Notes under the pieces: generated by a model
The model's input: only the letters and a program-made list of their open reading frames with translations
Databases searched by the model: none
Told to the model about the DNA's origin: nothing
Part shown: positions 25,881 to 35,212 of the stretch, one piece after another
Numbering within the stretch: the stretch's first letter is position 1
Layout: every line of letters starts with the position of its first letter
Translations under genes and position numbers: made by a program
IMG/VR virus record: IMGVR_UViG_3300014202_000231
Coordinates: 1 to 37,382 of that record
Direction: 5' to 3' (one strand)
Source of the DNA: a virus
Lineage: Duplodnaviria; Caudoviricetes
DNA: 37,382 bases

Positions 25881-26032
25881 GATTGGCGGTACGCCTCAAC
25901 GTCGTGGGGGTCATAGCGTACCGCACCGCGGCCGGCGCCCAGGGCGTACCGTGGCAGGCGGTCAGCCGGGATGTCGTAGACCGCCCTGGCGCTCAGTCCG
26001 AGCATGGCGGCGACGGCCTTGGCGGTCAGCAT
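25640..26032 (-). CDS. xis: Excisionase-like HTH protein
   Basis: MLTAKAVAAMLGLSARAVY...VRY...DVEAY; upstream of and overlapping int. Confidence 0.75.
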   Translation of the reverse strand: MLTAKAVAAMLGLSARAVYDIPADRLPRYALGAGRGAVRYDPHDVEAYRQSCRSTATRPPADGASTSTAASTAGAFAGVSFSRPAGHEPRPTPSTARKARPCPRSRTASPALGAPLTTLSVVSSGSESPR

Positions 26033-26033
26033 G

Positions 26034-26453
26034 TCAGCCGCTCCTGGCGCGGATCGCATGGGCGCACTGCCATGCTTTCCCGCCTTCGATTTCAAACCCG
26101 GCACAGATATTCACGCACGCCGCGCGCTCGGCAGCAACGGCAGCGGCGGCGCAAGCCTCGCTGTATGCGCGCACGAAGTTGGGGCTGTACCAGTGGCCGT
26201 GTTCAGGTTCATCGCACTCGGTGACGGTCGCCACCGGCTGCGCTGGCTGCGCTGCGGCAAGCTCTGCGCGCAGGCGCTCGATCTCTGCGCTGCGGGCCTT
26301 CCATGCCTGCCACGCCGCCGCTTCCGCAGCGTCCGACAACCATGGCGCCGGGTCGTCGCCAGCCGCAACAGGCTGATCCATCCACGCCTCGAACGCGGCG
26401 CGGTCTTCAAGGCCAGGGGAACACTCCACGGGTTTCAGTTCTGCGTCGCTCAT
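26034..26453 (-). CDS. Hypothetical protein
   Basis: ATGA coupling; RAAFEAW, AWQAWKAR and AAERAAC...CA.AIRAR motifs typical of mosaic early genes. Confidence 0.7.
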   Translation of the reverse strand: MSDAELKPVECSPGLEDRAAFEAWMDQPVAAGDDPAPWLSDAAEAAAWQAWKARSAEIERLRAELAAAQPAQPVATVTECDEPEHGHWYSPNFVRAYSEACAAAAVAAERAACVNICAGFEIEGGKAWQCAHAIRARSG

Positions 26454-26701
26454 GCCGCCAGCCCCCACACGCTCGCTACCCGCTCTTTGCTGCCCCGCGG
26501 CGGCGGCGTGACGCCAGCCGGCACCCACAGCGACTTGCACCCGCGTCCGCTGGGCATCACCAGCCCGAAGGACTTCGCCTCGTGCAGATACTGCTGCGCG
26601 GTCGACGGCTTGCAGCCCATCGTGCGCGCGACATCGGCGCGGCTGATGCCGATCTTCGCCGCGAGCACGATGTCGGCCGCTTCTCTCACGCGGGGGCGCA
26701 T
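26450..26701 (-). CDS. Winged-HTH protein (83 aa)
   Basis: ISRADVARTMGCKPSTAQQYL...GLV...G.G...W. Confidence 0.7.
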   Translation of the reverse strand: MRPRVREAADIVLAAKIGISRADVARTMGCKPSTAQQYLHEAKSFGLVMPSGRGCKSLWVPAGVTPPPRGSKERVASVWGLAA

Positions 26702-27288
26702 GCTGCCTCCGCGCGCCGCGCCAGCCAGTCGGCCGTGATGGCGCCGACCTCCGGCGCCGCGACTGCCCACCGATCGCGCATCGGCGGCGCGACGATCACG
26801 CGGCACTGCGGCTGCAGATCATCGAACGTCTCGCGCCAGGACTCGCCGCGCCGGATGCGTTGCGTCAGGCTGCGATTGACGCCGAAGCGCACAGCGGCCT
26901 CGGCAGCGGTGCGGCAAGCCTTGATCTCGGCGACCTTCGCCGCGTCGAGCTTGGCCGCGGCGCTGGCGCGCTTGCCGGCGGCGATCGCTGCGCGGCGCTC
27001 GGCTGTCGACATCCGGCCCTCGCGCCCGGCGAGCTGCGCGACCTCGGCCACGGTCATGCGCGCGATGTGCTTGGGCGCGATGCATCGCGGATCGCGGCAC
27101 CGGGCGACTGCGCGCTGGTCGGGCGCCAGCGCCGGGCCGGTGAGCTCGGCGACGAGGCGGCGCACCATGCGGTAGTGGCCGTCGACGTAGACCTGTGGCG
27201 AGCCCTGGGCGAAGACGCCGGTCCACAGGCGGCAGGCGCCGGCCGCGGTGGTGCGGGCCATGAGGGCGGCGAGGGTCGGGGTGGTCAT
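26686..27288 (-). CDS. HNH-like Zn-binding protein with HTH, apparently non-catalytic
   Basis: CRLWTG...ARCRDPRCIAPKHI where active members have H.C.N..C.NP.HL; AKL....V.EI...A.RFGV.......IRRGESW. Confidence 0.7.
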   Translation of the reverse strand: MTTPTLAALMARTTAAGACRLWTGVFAQGSPQVYVDGHYRMVRRLVAELTGPALAPDQRAVARCRDPRCIAPKHIARMTVAEVAQLAGREGRMSTAERRAAIAAGKRASAAAKLDAAKVAEIKACRTAAEAAVRFGVNRSLTQRIRRGESWRETFDDLQPQCRVIVAPPMRDRWAVAAPEVGAITADWLARRAEAACAPA

Positions 27289-27557
27289 GGCAGAGCCTTT
27301 TGCTGTGACGCCTCGCGCTCCACCATCCGGCGATGCAGTTCACGCGCGAAGCGGGCGGTTTCGCTGCCTTCGACGACTGCCTTCAGTGCAGACATCAGCA
27401 TGTCGCTTGGCGACACCATGTCCGCGCTTTCGGCCAGCGGCAGAACAACCACAACCTCTTTTGGGTTGTCGGCCTCCACGGGGACCACGCCCGCCGCGCG
27501 AAGCGCCTTCTTGTCCTGGGCGGTCAACTGGCCGCGTGGGAACACCACAATCTGCAT
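27285..27557 (-). CDS. Hypothetical protein (90 aa)
   Basis: TGATG coupling with GGAGG upstream. Confidence 0.7.
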   Translation of the reverse strand: MQIVVFPRGQLTAQDKKALRAAGVVPVEADNPKEVVVVLPLAESADMVSPSDMLMSALKAVVEGSETARFARELHRRMVEREASQQKALP

Positions 27558-28399
27558 CACGCCGCCTCCGGCCACCGGGAAGCGTAGTGCGCCGACAGCG
27601 CCGCGAGCTGCACCGCGTCGAGTTCGTCGCGCGCCTCGTCCATCGCCAGCGCAGCAGTCTCGGCGCTGGTCGCGTTGTCGACGGCGGCCATGTAGCGGCC
27701 GATGACAGACTCGTTCGCGCCGTCGTCGACGTCAGCAGGCGGTGGCGTGGCCGGCGATGCCTTGGCCGCGATCGCCGCGCGCACCGCGCCCAGGCTGCCG
27801 CCGATTGGCGTCGGCGGCGCGGGCGTGATGTCGATGATCTCGTCGTCGGTCTGCAGTCCCATCGAGATCTCCGGCGCGTAGGTGCGGATGAGGAACGCCG
27901 CGGCCCGGTACATCAGCATCAGCTCGGGCATCGTCTTCCACTTGCTGCCGTTCTTCGACGACCAGCCCTCGGCCTTGGCCATTTCCAACGTGACCAGCGG
28001 TCCCTCGATGCGTTCGCCTGTCGACTTCTCGACGGCCCATGCCCGGCACCCGTCGCGTTTCTCGTTCCAGTCGTAGCGCAACGAAGTGAAGCGCCCGCAT
28101 TGGTTGAAGCTGGCGATCAGGAACTTCGACGACCAGCCGGGGCTGCCGTGCACGATGTAGAGGTTCTGCATCACGAGCAACGGCGCGGCGCCCATGCGGT
28201 TCGCCATTTCCAACGCGACGATGCAGTTCGGCAAGTTGTTCTGGTACGCGGCCGGCACGAGCGACGACGCCGCGAAGGCTTTGCCGATCCGCTGCGCAAG
28301 TTCCCAGTTCGCGTTGTTCGTGAAGCCGGGCATGGTGGCAACCTCGCGCGCTGGCGCAAAGTCGGTGTGCGTGGTCGAGGGGTCGAGGACTTCGTTCAT
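27557..28399 (-). CDS. RecT-like single-strand annealing protein
   Basis: SSLVP..YQ....NC..ALE.A.R.......VMQNLY.V.G.P.W...MA..EGW......KW..MP..ML.YRAA; downstream of a RecE-like gene. Confidence 0.8.
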   Translation of the reverse strand: MNEVLDPSTTHTDFAPAREVATMPGFTNNANWELAQRIGKAFAASSLVPAAYQNNLPNCIVALEMANRMGAAPLLVMQNLYIVHGSPGWSSKFLIASFNQCGRFTSLRYDWNEKRDGCRAWAVEKSTGERIEGPLVTLEMAKAEGWSSKNGSKWKTMPELMLMYRAAAFLIRTYAPEISMGLQTDDEIIDITPAPPTPIGGSLGAVRAAIAAKASPATPPPADVDDGANESVIGRYMAAVDNATSAETAALAMDEARDELDAVQLAALSAHYASRWPEAA

Positions 28400-28409
28400 G
28401 GGTTCCCTT

Positions 28410-28889
28410 TCAGATGCGCGCTGTGCGCTTGTTGCGTGCCTGCTCAGATCGCGTCGCCCAGCGGCAGTTGCCGCCGCTGTAGCCGCGCCCGTTGTCGATC
28501 CGGTCGAGCGTCCTGCCTTCAGGGCGTTCGCCCATGTCGGCGAAGAAGTTCTCGAACTGCAGCCATGCGTCGTCGACGGTGATGCCGCGCCCACCGTAGT
28601 CGGCGAACTGCTTGTGCCGCTCGTCGAGGCAGCGCGCCAGCATCGCGCGCCATGAGCGATAGGTCGGCGTGCCGTACATGCCGTGAGTCGTCTGCGCGTT
28701 GCGCGATGCGTCGCGGCGGTAGCACCCGCACGAGGTTGTCTCGCCGCGCCGCAGGGAATGGCCGCGAACGATGGCGTTGTTTCCGCAACTGCACCGGCAG
28801 TTGTAGGTGATGTGCGGCCCGAGCTTGCCGATCTCGTTGAGCACCAGCAGCCGGCCGAACTGATTGCCGATGATGTCAATCTTCTGCAC
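28410..28889 (-). CDS. HNH homing-endonuclease-like protein
   Basis: G..FGRL.V...CRCSCG...SCGC...HG...YGGRGI...LDRIDN..GY...NCRWAT..EQ.RN. Confidence 0.85.
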   Translation of the reverse strand: MQKIDIIGNQFGRLLVLNEIGKLGPHITYNCRCSCGNNAIVRGHSLRRGETTSCGCYRRDASRNAQTTHGMYGTPTYRSWRAMLARCLDERHKQFADYGGRGITVDDAWLQFENFFADMGERPEGRTLDRIDNGRGYSGGNCRWATRSEQARNKRTARI

Positions 28890-29730
28890 TGGATACCTTG
28901 GCCCAAGCCGGCAGGTTGATCTGCTGCACGCCGGCCGGGTAGCCGGGCCAGATGCCGGTGCGCCGGCACTCGGCGTAGAGGTTCAGCAGCCGGCGGTTCT
29001 CTGCGCGCGACTTCTCGATCACGTCGTCGCCGAGCATGTAGGCCGCGGCGGCGTGCGGCCAGGCCGACTCGACCGCGGCGAAGACGAAGCCGTGCACGCG
29101 CAGGCCGGTGGCGGCCTCGAATCCGTCGGCATACCACGCGGCCTGAAGGTGGTAGCCCCAGGTCCAGATGGCGCGTCCGAACCCGTCAGGGCTGGCGTCC
29201 TGCGCGGTCTTGCCGTCGATCAGCACGACGCCATCGCCGGCCGGCGCGACCCAGTCTGGGCGGCACTTGCAGGTCGTGCCCGTCTCGCCGTCGACCCAGA
29301 ATGCCGACGCCTCGGCGTAGCCGTCGGCCAGCAGCGCGGCGACCTCGGGCAGTTGGCGCACCGCGGCAGCCTGGCGCAGCGCGGCGCCCATCGCGTCGGT
29401 GTCGACGACCTCGCGCCCGCTGGCGGCCAGATCGGCGAGCAGGGCCTTGCCGGCCGTGGTGCGGCCGTCGATGCCGGCAGGGCGGACGGCGTAACGGCTG
29501 GCCAGCGCATCCGGCTCGAACAGCGCGCAGTGCACCAGCGTCCCGTTACGCATGGCTGCGCTCGGCTCTGGCCGCGGCCGCTGCGGGTCGATCATCGCGC
29601 CGTAGAAGTGCGCCGGGCTGCGCCGCAGCAGCTTGAGGCCGGTGGCGCCGAGGGCGTCCGTGGCGTGGTAGTCGGCGGCCGGCATGTCGCGGTGCAGGCC
29701 GACGAGCGGGAGGCGTTCGGGGGCGTTCAT
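28876..29730 (-). CDS. RecE/exonuclease VIII-like PD-(D/E)XK nuclease
   Basis: YHA...S PAH...GT.VH...EP; CKCRPD...IDGKT...YHLQAAWY...F.F.AVE. Confidence 0.88.
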   Translation of the reverse strand: MNAPERLPLVGLHRDMPAADYHATDALGATGLKLLRRSPAHFYGAMIDPQRPRPEPSAAMRNGTLVHCALFEPDALASRYAVRPAGIDGRTTAGKALLADLAASGREVVDTDAMGAALRQAAAVRQLPEVAALLADGYAEASAFWVDGETGTTCKCRPDWVAPAGDGVVLIDGKTAQDASPDGFGRAIWTWGYHLQAAWYADGFEAATGLRVHGFVFAAVESAWPHAAAAYMLGDDVIEKSRAENRRLLNLYAECRRTGIWPGYPAGVQQINLPAWAKVSSAED

Positions 29731-29737
29731 GGCTTGG

Positions 29738-30157
29738 CTACAGCGGCGCCTGATCCGGGTCGGCCTTCGGCGCGTTCGACCCGACCATCGTGTAGCGCGA
29801 CGGGTCTTCGATGACGATGAATACGCGCCCGCCCGCGGTGTCGGCAAGCTCGTGCGACGCAGCACTGTTGCCCATCGTGAGCACGGCCTTCACGCCGTCC
29901 TTGAACGTCACCGATTCGACGGCGGCGACGAAGCGCGTGCGGTCGTCGGTGGCGATGATCTCGACGGCCTCGCGGATGGCGTGCCGCACGTCGGCCTTGA
30001 CTTCGTCGATCACGTCCTTCTGCGCCTGTTCGGGCATGCGAAGCCATGGCTTGTCGATGGCGCGCAGCTGGCGCATGGCGGCGGCCATGACTTCGCCGAG
30101 CATGAATTCGCGGGCGATGTCGCGGGCGGTCTTTTCGATGAGGATGGGCTCGTTCAT
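29738..30157 (-). CDS. Hypothetical protein (139 aa)
   Basis: AAGGA RBS; strongly coding-like codon usage. Confidence 0.75.
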   Translation of the reverse strand: MNEPILIEKTARDIAREFMLGEVMAAAMRQLRAIDKPWLRMPEQAQKDVIDEVKADVRHAIREAVEIIATDDRTRFVAAVESVTFKDGVKAVLTMGNSAASHELADTAGGRVFIVIEDPSRYTMVGSNAPKADPDQAPL

Positions 30158-30192
30158 TTGGGTGGCGGTCCTTGTGGTTGGTGGTACGGGGG

Positions 30193-30528
30193 TCAGAAAA
30201 CGATCGCGGCCAGCGTGCCGATGAAGGCGAAGCCGAGCACGATGGCGACGACGAGCCCTTCCATGCTCCGGCGCTGGTCGCGGTGGTCGTCGTTGAGCGG
30301 CCCGCAGCCGGAGTCGACGCGATCGGCCATCGCCTGCTCGTACCACGCCGGCCGGTACGCATGCGCCGGGTCCGCGAGGCCGTAGCGGTCGGTCGGCACT
30401 GTGTCGACGGCCTCGGGTTCGTAGGGCTGCAGGCGCGCGCCGGGCGGCGTCGGCATGCGCCGCTTCACCGATTCGATGGCGGCGTCGAATTCGGCGTCGT
30501 CGAGCTCGAGGATGTCGCGCGCGATCAC
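30193..30528 (-). CDS. Hypothetical protein with C-terminal TM helix
   Basis: GTGA coupling; GLVVAIVLGFAFIGTLAAIVF. Confidence 0.7.
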   Translation of the reverse strand: MIARDILELDDAEFDAAIESVKRRMPTPPGARLQPYEPEAVDTVPTDRYGLADPAHAYRPAWYEQAMADRVDSGCGPLNDDHRDQRRSMEGLVVAIVLGFAFIGTLAAIVF

Positions 30529-30704
30529 AGCCACCCCCACGCCAGCAGCACGACGATGATGATCAGCAGCGGCAGGAAGAAGCGCTCGGCCGGGTGCACG
30601 GTCTTCTTCGGCGGCACGCTGATCGGGTCGTAGTCGCTGGCGACCCAGCGGCGCGAGTGCGTGCGCCCGGACAGGGCGCTGCGGTGCGGGGGCAGGTTGT
30701 TCAT
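30525..30704 (-). CDS. Small membrane protein (59 aa)
   Basis: ATGA coupling; FFLPLLIIIVVLLAWGWL. Confidence 0.65.
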   Translation of the reverse strand: MNNLPPHRSALSGRTHSRRWVASDYDPISVPPKKTVHPAERFFLPLLIIIVVLLAWGWL

Positions 30705-30904
30705 TCGTCGCACTCCTTCGCGTCGATCAAGGCGCGCGCCAGGTCGTACTGGCGCAGCCCGTCTTCGAATGGGAGTTCCTGTGCATCGCCTGTGGGCAAC
30801 TCGTCGTTCCATCGGAACTCGGGCCGGTCCTCGAGGCCCAGGCGCTCGGTCGGCGCCCAGGGGTCGTTGCGGCGCGCGCGGCGGATGTGGCGGGGGGCGC
30901 TCAT
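30701..30904 (-). CDS. Hypothetical protein (67 aa)
   Basis: ATGA coupling at both ends. Confidence 0.6.
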   Translation of the reverse strand: MSAPRHIRRARRNDPWAPTERLGLEDRPEFRWNDELPTGDAQELPFEDGLRQYDLARALIDAKECDE

Positions 30905-31140
30905 GGCTGCAGCAGCCAGTTGCAGGCATCGGCCATCAGCCCATCGCATGTGAGCAGCCGGCCCTGATTCAGCATCGACTCTGCGGCGATCAGCGCGAGT
31001 TGCGCTTCTTCGATCTGCGCCCGGCGCTCTGCGATCTCGTCGGGCTCGTCGTCAGGCGGCGCGGCGTTGTCGTAAGCGGACTGAGCGGCGGCGAAGCGCA
31101 CGCGGTTCAGCATCTCGCGGGCGTCGGTGTGGTGGCTCAT
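30901..31140 (-). CDS. Hypothetical protein (79 aa)
   Basis: ATGA coupling; [14 protein letters not shown] motif. Confidence 0.7.
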   Translation of the reverse strand: MSHHTDAREMLNRVRFAAAQSAYDNAAPPDDEPDEIAERRAQIEEAQLALIAAESMLNQGRLLTCDGLMADACNWLLQP

Positions 31141-32087
31141 GCTGCGATCTCCTGCGCTGCTGCGGCATCAACACCGCGACCATCCGACTCGGCCAGCGCG
31201 AGCAGTGACGTCTTGTGAGCGCGCCAGAAGCGCAGCGCGTTGCGGCCGTCCATGAGGACGATGCGTGCATCGTCGAAGTCGCGCCACTCGGCGAGCGAGT
31301 GCAGTTCGCGTCCGATCTGCATGTGCGCGTCGAGGATGACGACACTCCACAGCAGCCCACTGAGTTGCAGCGGCACGCGATTGATGGTGATGTCGCCATA
31401 CTTGGCGCCGATCAGGTTGGCGTCTCTCAGGTTGGCGCCGCTCAGGTTGGCGTCGCTCAGGTTGGCGCCGCTCAGGTAGGCGTCGATCAGGTTGGCGCCG
31501 CTCAGGTTGGCGCCGCTCAGGTTGGCGCCGCTCAGGTAGGCGCCGCTCAGGTAGGCGCCGCTCAGGTTGGCGCCGCTCAGGTAGGCGTCGATCAGGTAGG
31601 CGCCGCTCAGGTTGGCGCCGCTCAGGTTGGCGCCGCTCAGGTAGGCGCCGATCAGGTAGGCGCCGCTCAGGTTGGCGCCGCTCAGGTAGGCGTCGATCAG
31701 GTTGGCGCCGCTCAGGTTGGCGCCGCTCAGGTAGGCGTCGATCAGGTAGGCGCCGCTCAGGTTGGCGCCGCTCAGGTTGGCGCCGCTCAGGTTGGCGCCG
31801 CTCAGGTAGGCGCCGCTCAGGTTGGCGCCGATCAGGTAGGCGCCGCTCAGGTTGGCGCCGATCAGGTAGGCGCCGCTCAGGTTGGCGCCGATCAGGTTGG
31901 CGCCGCTCAGGTTGGCGCCGCTCAGGTTGGCGCCGATCAGGTTGGCGTCGCTCAGGTTGGCGCCGGCCGCGGTCGCGCGTTCAAGCGCAACGCGAAGCGC
32001 GATGCCGCTCGCCTGCTGTTCGTCGGTGACATCGCACTCGTACAGCACGCTGTCGTCGTAGCGCGACTTGATGGCGATCTTTGGCAT
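31137..32087 (-). CDS. Pentapeptide-repeat protein
   Basis: TAATG coupling with GGAGG; 37 A[NY]L[SI][GD] repeats; C-terminal domain HMQIG.E.H....W. Confidence 0.92.
   Translation of the reverse strand: MPKIAIKSRYDDSVLYECDVTDEQQASGIALRVALERATAAGANLSDANLIGANLSGANLSGANLIGANLSGAYLIGANLSGAYLIGANLSGAYLSGANLSGANLSGANLSGAYLIDAYLSGANLSGANLIDAYLSGANLSGAYLIGAYLSGANLSGANLSGAYLIDAYLSGANLSGAYLSGAYLSGANLSGANLSGANLIDAYLSGANLSDANLSGANLRDANLIGAKYGDITINRVPLQLSGLLWSVVILDAHMQIGRELHSLAEWRDFDDARIVLMDGRNALRFWRAHKTSLLALAESDGRGVDAAAAQEIAA
31410..31964 (-). repeat. Tandem array of 37 x 15 bp
   Basis: Consensus GGCGCCAACCTGAGC on the - strand, nearly homogeneous. Confidence 0.95.
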
Positions 32088-32335
32088 TACGCTGCCTCCG
32101 CGACCTGATGCGCCATCAGTTCCAAGTCGGCAGCAGCAGCGAGCATGGCCCGCGCCATCGCCCGGAGTTCGTCCGCATCGGGGTAGGTCTGCACATACAT
32201 CGGGCCGCTGTGCAGGGACAGCGTGGCCTTCGCGTCGAACAGGCTGCCTGGGATGCGGTCTTCGGTCGAGATCGTGACCGAGAGATTGGAAAAAGCGATC
32301 CCGGTCTTGGTGTGGGTGCGGTAGCCGTCTGTCAT
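32087..32335 (-). CDS. Hypothetical protein (82 aa)
   Basis: ATGA coupling with GAGGAGG RBS. Confidence 0.7.
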   Translation of the reverse strand: MTDGYRTHTKTGIAFSNLSVTISTEDRIPGSLFDAKATLSLHSGPMYVQTYPDADELRAMARAMLAAAADLELMAHQVAEAA

Positions 32336-33315
32336 GCTGCCTCCTCTGAATCAAAGTCAAGTGCCTCGGACGTTTCCAGATCCTTGCGCCCAGCCGCGGC
32401 CATCTGGACGTTCTTGACGGCCTGGCGGTAGTAGCTCGGCTTCAGTTCGGCGCCGACTCCGCGACGGCCGAGAATGACCGGGCTGTAGACCTCGGAGCCG
32501 ACGCCCATGAAAGGCGTGAACACGGTTTCGCCTGGGTTGCTGAACAGCGTCACGCAACGGTCGATGACGTCGAGCTGCAGAGGGTGGACGTGCTTCTCGT
32601 CCTCTCCGTCGCGCGCCTCGCGGAAGGGCAGCACGCGCTGCATGCGGATGTCGTCCCACATGCAGTCGGCGTACTGGCGCCAGATCCAGTGCGAAAAACG
32701 GTTCTCGGTCTGCTTGCCTGTCCAGCCTCGAAACGGAAGGACGTCAGACGGCGGCACGCGCTCGCCCGCGTAGTCCATCAGCCCGACCGGATGCTGTACC
32801 GGCACCGGGTTCGTGCCCACGCGCCGGAACGTAAGAAGCTGGTCGCCGCTGGCAACACCGCAGTCGATTGAATCGGCGCACAGCGATGCGTGCGCCAGGT
32901 TCTTCTGCATCGTGCGCAGGCGCACCGCGAGCGGTTCCTTCCAGATCATCCTGCGCCCGGTGTAGCGCCACCCTTCGCGCTCGTGCAGACGGATGATGTC
33001 TCCGGGAAAGTCGATCAGCGCGTCGGTGCCGCTGTTGCTGCGCGGCACGTCCATGCAGTGAACGGCGCTGATGCGGCCCGGCATGGTGATGCGCGCCAGC
33101 TCGCGCACGACGAAGGTGTAGTGCTCGAAAAACGCGTCGTAGTCGTCGCAATTCGACAGGTCGCGCTCGCTGCTGCTGTAGTGGTACAGCCCGCCGAACG
33201 GCGGCGAGTAGATGGAGTGGTGGACGCTGCCTTTCGGCATGGCGGCCATGACCTCCATGCAGTCGCCGTTGTAGATGGCGAACTTGTCGGTCACGCATTG
33301 GTCGATCACAGCCAC
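32332..33315 (-). CDS. Amino (N4-C/N6-A) DNA methyltransferase, beta class
   Basis: GDC, motif IV SPPF near the N-terminus, H.HP, motif I TPFMGVGS near the C-terminus. Confidence 0.9.
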   Translation of the reverse strand: MAVIDQCVTDKFAIYNGDCMEVMAAMPKGSVHHSIYSPPFGGLYHYSSSERDLSNCDDYDAFFEHYTFVVRELARITMPGRISAVHCMDVPRSNSGTDALIDFPGDIIRLHEREGWRYTGRRMIWKEPLAVRLRTMQKNLAHASLCADSIDCGVASGDQLLTFRRVGTNPVPVQHPVGLMDYAGERVPPSDVLPFRGWTGKQTENRFSHWIWRQYADCMWDDIRMQRVLPFREARDGEDEKHVHPLQLDVIDRCVTLFSNPGETVFTPFMGVGSEVYSPVILGRRGVGAELKPSYYRQAVKNVQMAAAGRKDLETSEALDFDSEEAA

Positions 33316-34673
33316 GCTGGCACCTCCACAGGCTTGGTCATGTTGTTGGCCCGCGCGATGGCGAGCGAGTGGTTCATCTCGGCCACCAGGCGCGAAAACA
33401 TCTCGTCGGCCTGCTCGGCCTTGCGCTGCAGGTTGCGCATCACGCCGCGCTCGCCTTCGGTCGTCACGATGTCAACCCGAACGGCGCGCGTCTGCCCAAA
33501 GCGCCAGCAGCGCCGGACGGCTTGGTAGTACTGCTCGAACGAGTGCGACGGGAAAAAGGTGATGTGGTTGCAGTGCTGGAAGTTCAGCCCCCACGCGCCG
33601 ATCTTCGGCTTCGTGATCAGGACGCGGGCCTTGCCGTCTGCGAACGCCTCGAGACGTTCTTCCTTGCGGTCGTCGGAGTCGCTGCCGCTGACCTGCACGG
33701 CGTCGGGTATCGCTGCCTCGAGCGCGTCGCCTTCGTCGTTCAAGTGGCACCAGACCAGCGCCGGCTGGCCGGTGTTGTTCACCAGATCAGCCACTTGGCG
33801 GCATCGTTCCTCGACCGTGCGCCTGCGCTCGTCGCGTTGCTCTTTCAGTCCAACGGCCGGCAGCGCGAACAGCATCCCTTCGGCCAGCGACTGCGCTTCG
33901 ACCAAGTGCTCGATCTCGTTCAGCGGCGGCAGCTGGAATGCCTTGTCGTCGAAGCCAAGATCGGACGGCCGGCGGATCGCCCGCGCCCACGAGCACACCC
34001 AACGCCAGAACGGCTCCTCGGCATGGCCCTTGAGCCGCCACTTGATGACCTCGCCACGCATCCGACCTTGCGCGCTGTTGTTCAGATCGTTCTTGAAGAA
34101 CCGATTGAGCATGTCCATGTGGCCCATGTAGCCCAGGGCTTCCGAGCTGGTGCCAAGCTCGACGTAATCGTTGGGCGCTGCCGTCGCGGTCTGCAGCAGG
34201 CGGTACGGCACCTTGCGCATGAAGGCCGTGATCTCGCCGCGACGCTGGCCGGCGAAGGACTTGAGGATCGAGGACTCGTCGCACACGACGCCGCCGAAGT
34301 CATCCGGGCTGAAGTAGTGCAGCCGTTCGTAGTTGGCGACGACGATGTGCCCGGCGCTGGACCCGTCGCGCGAGTGGGTCGCGTCGATGCCGAACTTCGC
34401 GGCCTCGCGCACGGTCTGCGAAGCCACGGCCAGCGGGGTCAGGTAGAGCGTCGGCCTGCTGGTCTTGCGTGCGACGTTCGACGCCCACACGAGCCCCATC
34501 GGCGTCTTGCCAAGGCCGCAGTCAGCGAAGATGGCGGCGCGGCCCTTGCGCACGGCCCACTCGACCATCGCGCGCTGGAAGTCGAACAGGAAGTCAGGAA
34601 GCCACAGCGGCGCGAATCCGCTGTCGGCGCCGGCCTGCGCCTTTGATTCGAGGAATGCCGCGTAGTCGCTCAC
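33306..34673 (-). CDS. SF2 (SNF2-like) helicase
   Basis: FDFQ, ADCGLGKT, DESS, TATAAPN, GLNFQ, QAVRRCWRFGQ. GTG 34673 has a GGAG RBS; an in-frame ATG at 34706 is the alternative start. Confidence 0.9.
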   Translation of the reverse strand: MSDYAAFLESKAQAGADSGFAPLWLPDFLFDFQRAMVEWAVRKGRAAIFADCGLGKTPMGLVWASNVARKTSRPTLYLTPLAVASQTVREAAKFGIDATHSRDGSSAGHIVVANYERLHYFSPDDFGGVVCDESSILKSFAGQRRGEITAFMRKVPYRLLQTATAAPNDYVELGTSSEALGYMGHMDMLNRFFKNDLNNSAQGRMRGEVIKWRLKGHAEEPFWRWVCSWARAIRRPSDLGFDDKAFQLPPLNEIEHLVEAQSLAEGMLFALPAVGLKEQRDERRRTVEERCRQVADLVNNTGQPALVWCHLNDEGDALEAAIPDAVQVSGSDSDDRKEERLEAFADGKARVLITKPKIGAWGLNFQHCNHITFFPSHSFEQYYQAVRRCWRFGQTRAVRVDIVTTEGERGVMRNLQRKAEQADEMFSRLVAEMNHSLAIARANNMTKPVEVPAWL

Positions 34674-34712
34674 TGTCTTGTCTCCATCGCCGCTGGTGCA
34701 GCGCATGGAGAC

Positions 34713-34754
34713 ACTATAAGTGCACTTCTATCGTTGTGCAAGTAGCACGCTTAT
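34713..34754 (-). promoter_or_regulatory. PL promoter with two 14-bp operators (34716-34729, 34741-34754)
   Basis: TTGCAC-17 nt-TATAGT on the - strand; operators ATAAGTGCACTTCT and AGTAGCACGCTTAT, 25 bp apart. Confidence 0.8.
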
Positions 34755-34790
34755 GTTTTTTTCACGGCTGTTGCCGCGATGCAATCCGAG

Positions 34791-35168
34791 CTAGGTTCTG
34801 ACGATGGCGCCTGTCAGGGTCTTTTTAGGTGGCGTGGTCGCCTTTTGTGGCGCGTCTGCCAAGCCGCGCAGCATGAGCAAAGCCGCTCGCTGCCGGCTCT
34901 CATCCAGGCTGCGGAACAGGTGCAAGGCTTCGGCCTCTAGCACGCCGCCTTCGACTCCACGCAGGGCGCCGCCGTCAGTGAGGAACTGCGGCACGACGTG
35001 CAGGTGTTCGCACAGACCAGCCAACACCGTGCCGCTGAGTTTCTTTGTCTTGCCTTTCTCGATCTGCGCGATGGCCGATTGAGAGACGCCTATGAGCCCG
35101 GCGAGCTTCGCCTGCGACATCCGGCGCGCCGTGCGCAGGGCGTAGACCTTCTGGGCAAGCGACGGCAT
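34791..35168 (-). CDS. cI: CI-like XRE HTH repressor (125 aa), no peptidase domain
   Basis: LRTARRMSQAKLAGLIGVSQSAIAQIEKG; divergent from cro and flanked by operators. Confidence 0.85.
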   Translation of the reverse strand: MPSLAQKVYALRTARRMSQAKLAGLIGVSQSAIAQIEKGKTKKLSGTVLAGLCEHLHVVPQFLTDGGALRGVEGGVLEAEALHLFRSLDESRQRAALLMLRGLADAPQKATTPPKKTLTGAIVRT

Positions 35169-35174
35169 CCATGC

Positions 35175-35203
35175 ATTAGGGCGCCGCAGTGCGGTGTAGT
35201 CTA
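35175..35203 (-). promoter_or_regulatory. PRM-like promoter for cI
   Basis: TAGACT-17 nt-CCTAAT, ending 6 nt before the cI ATG. Weak match to consensus. Confidence 0.45.
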
Positions 35204-35212
35204 CGGCTGGCA

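Noticed and set aside
27557-29137. 526-aa ORF as a single gene
   Set aside because: The N-terminal ~246 codons overlap the HNH and RecE-like genes in other frames; the credible start is ATG 28399 with an RBS.
31410-31964. CRISPR array
   Set aside because: Contiguous 15-bp coding repeats with no unique spacers and no cas genes.
32332-34673. Restriction-modification or BREX/DISARM defence system
   Set aside because: No nuclease or other partner genes, and it sits under a repressor-controlled early promoter.
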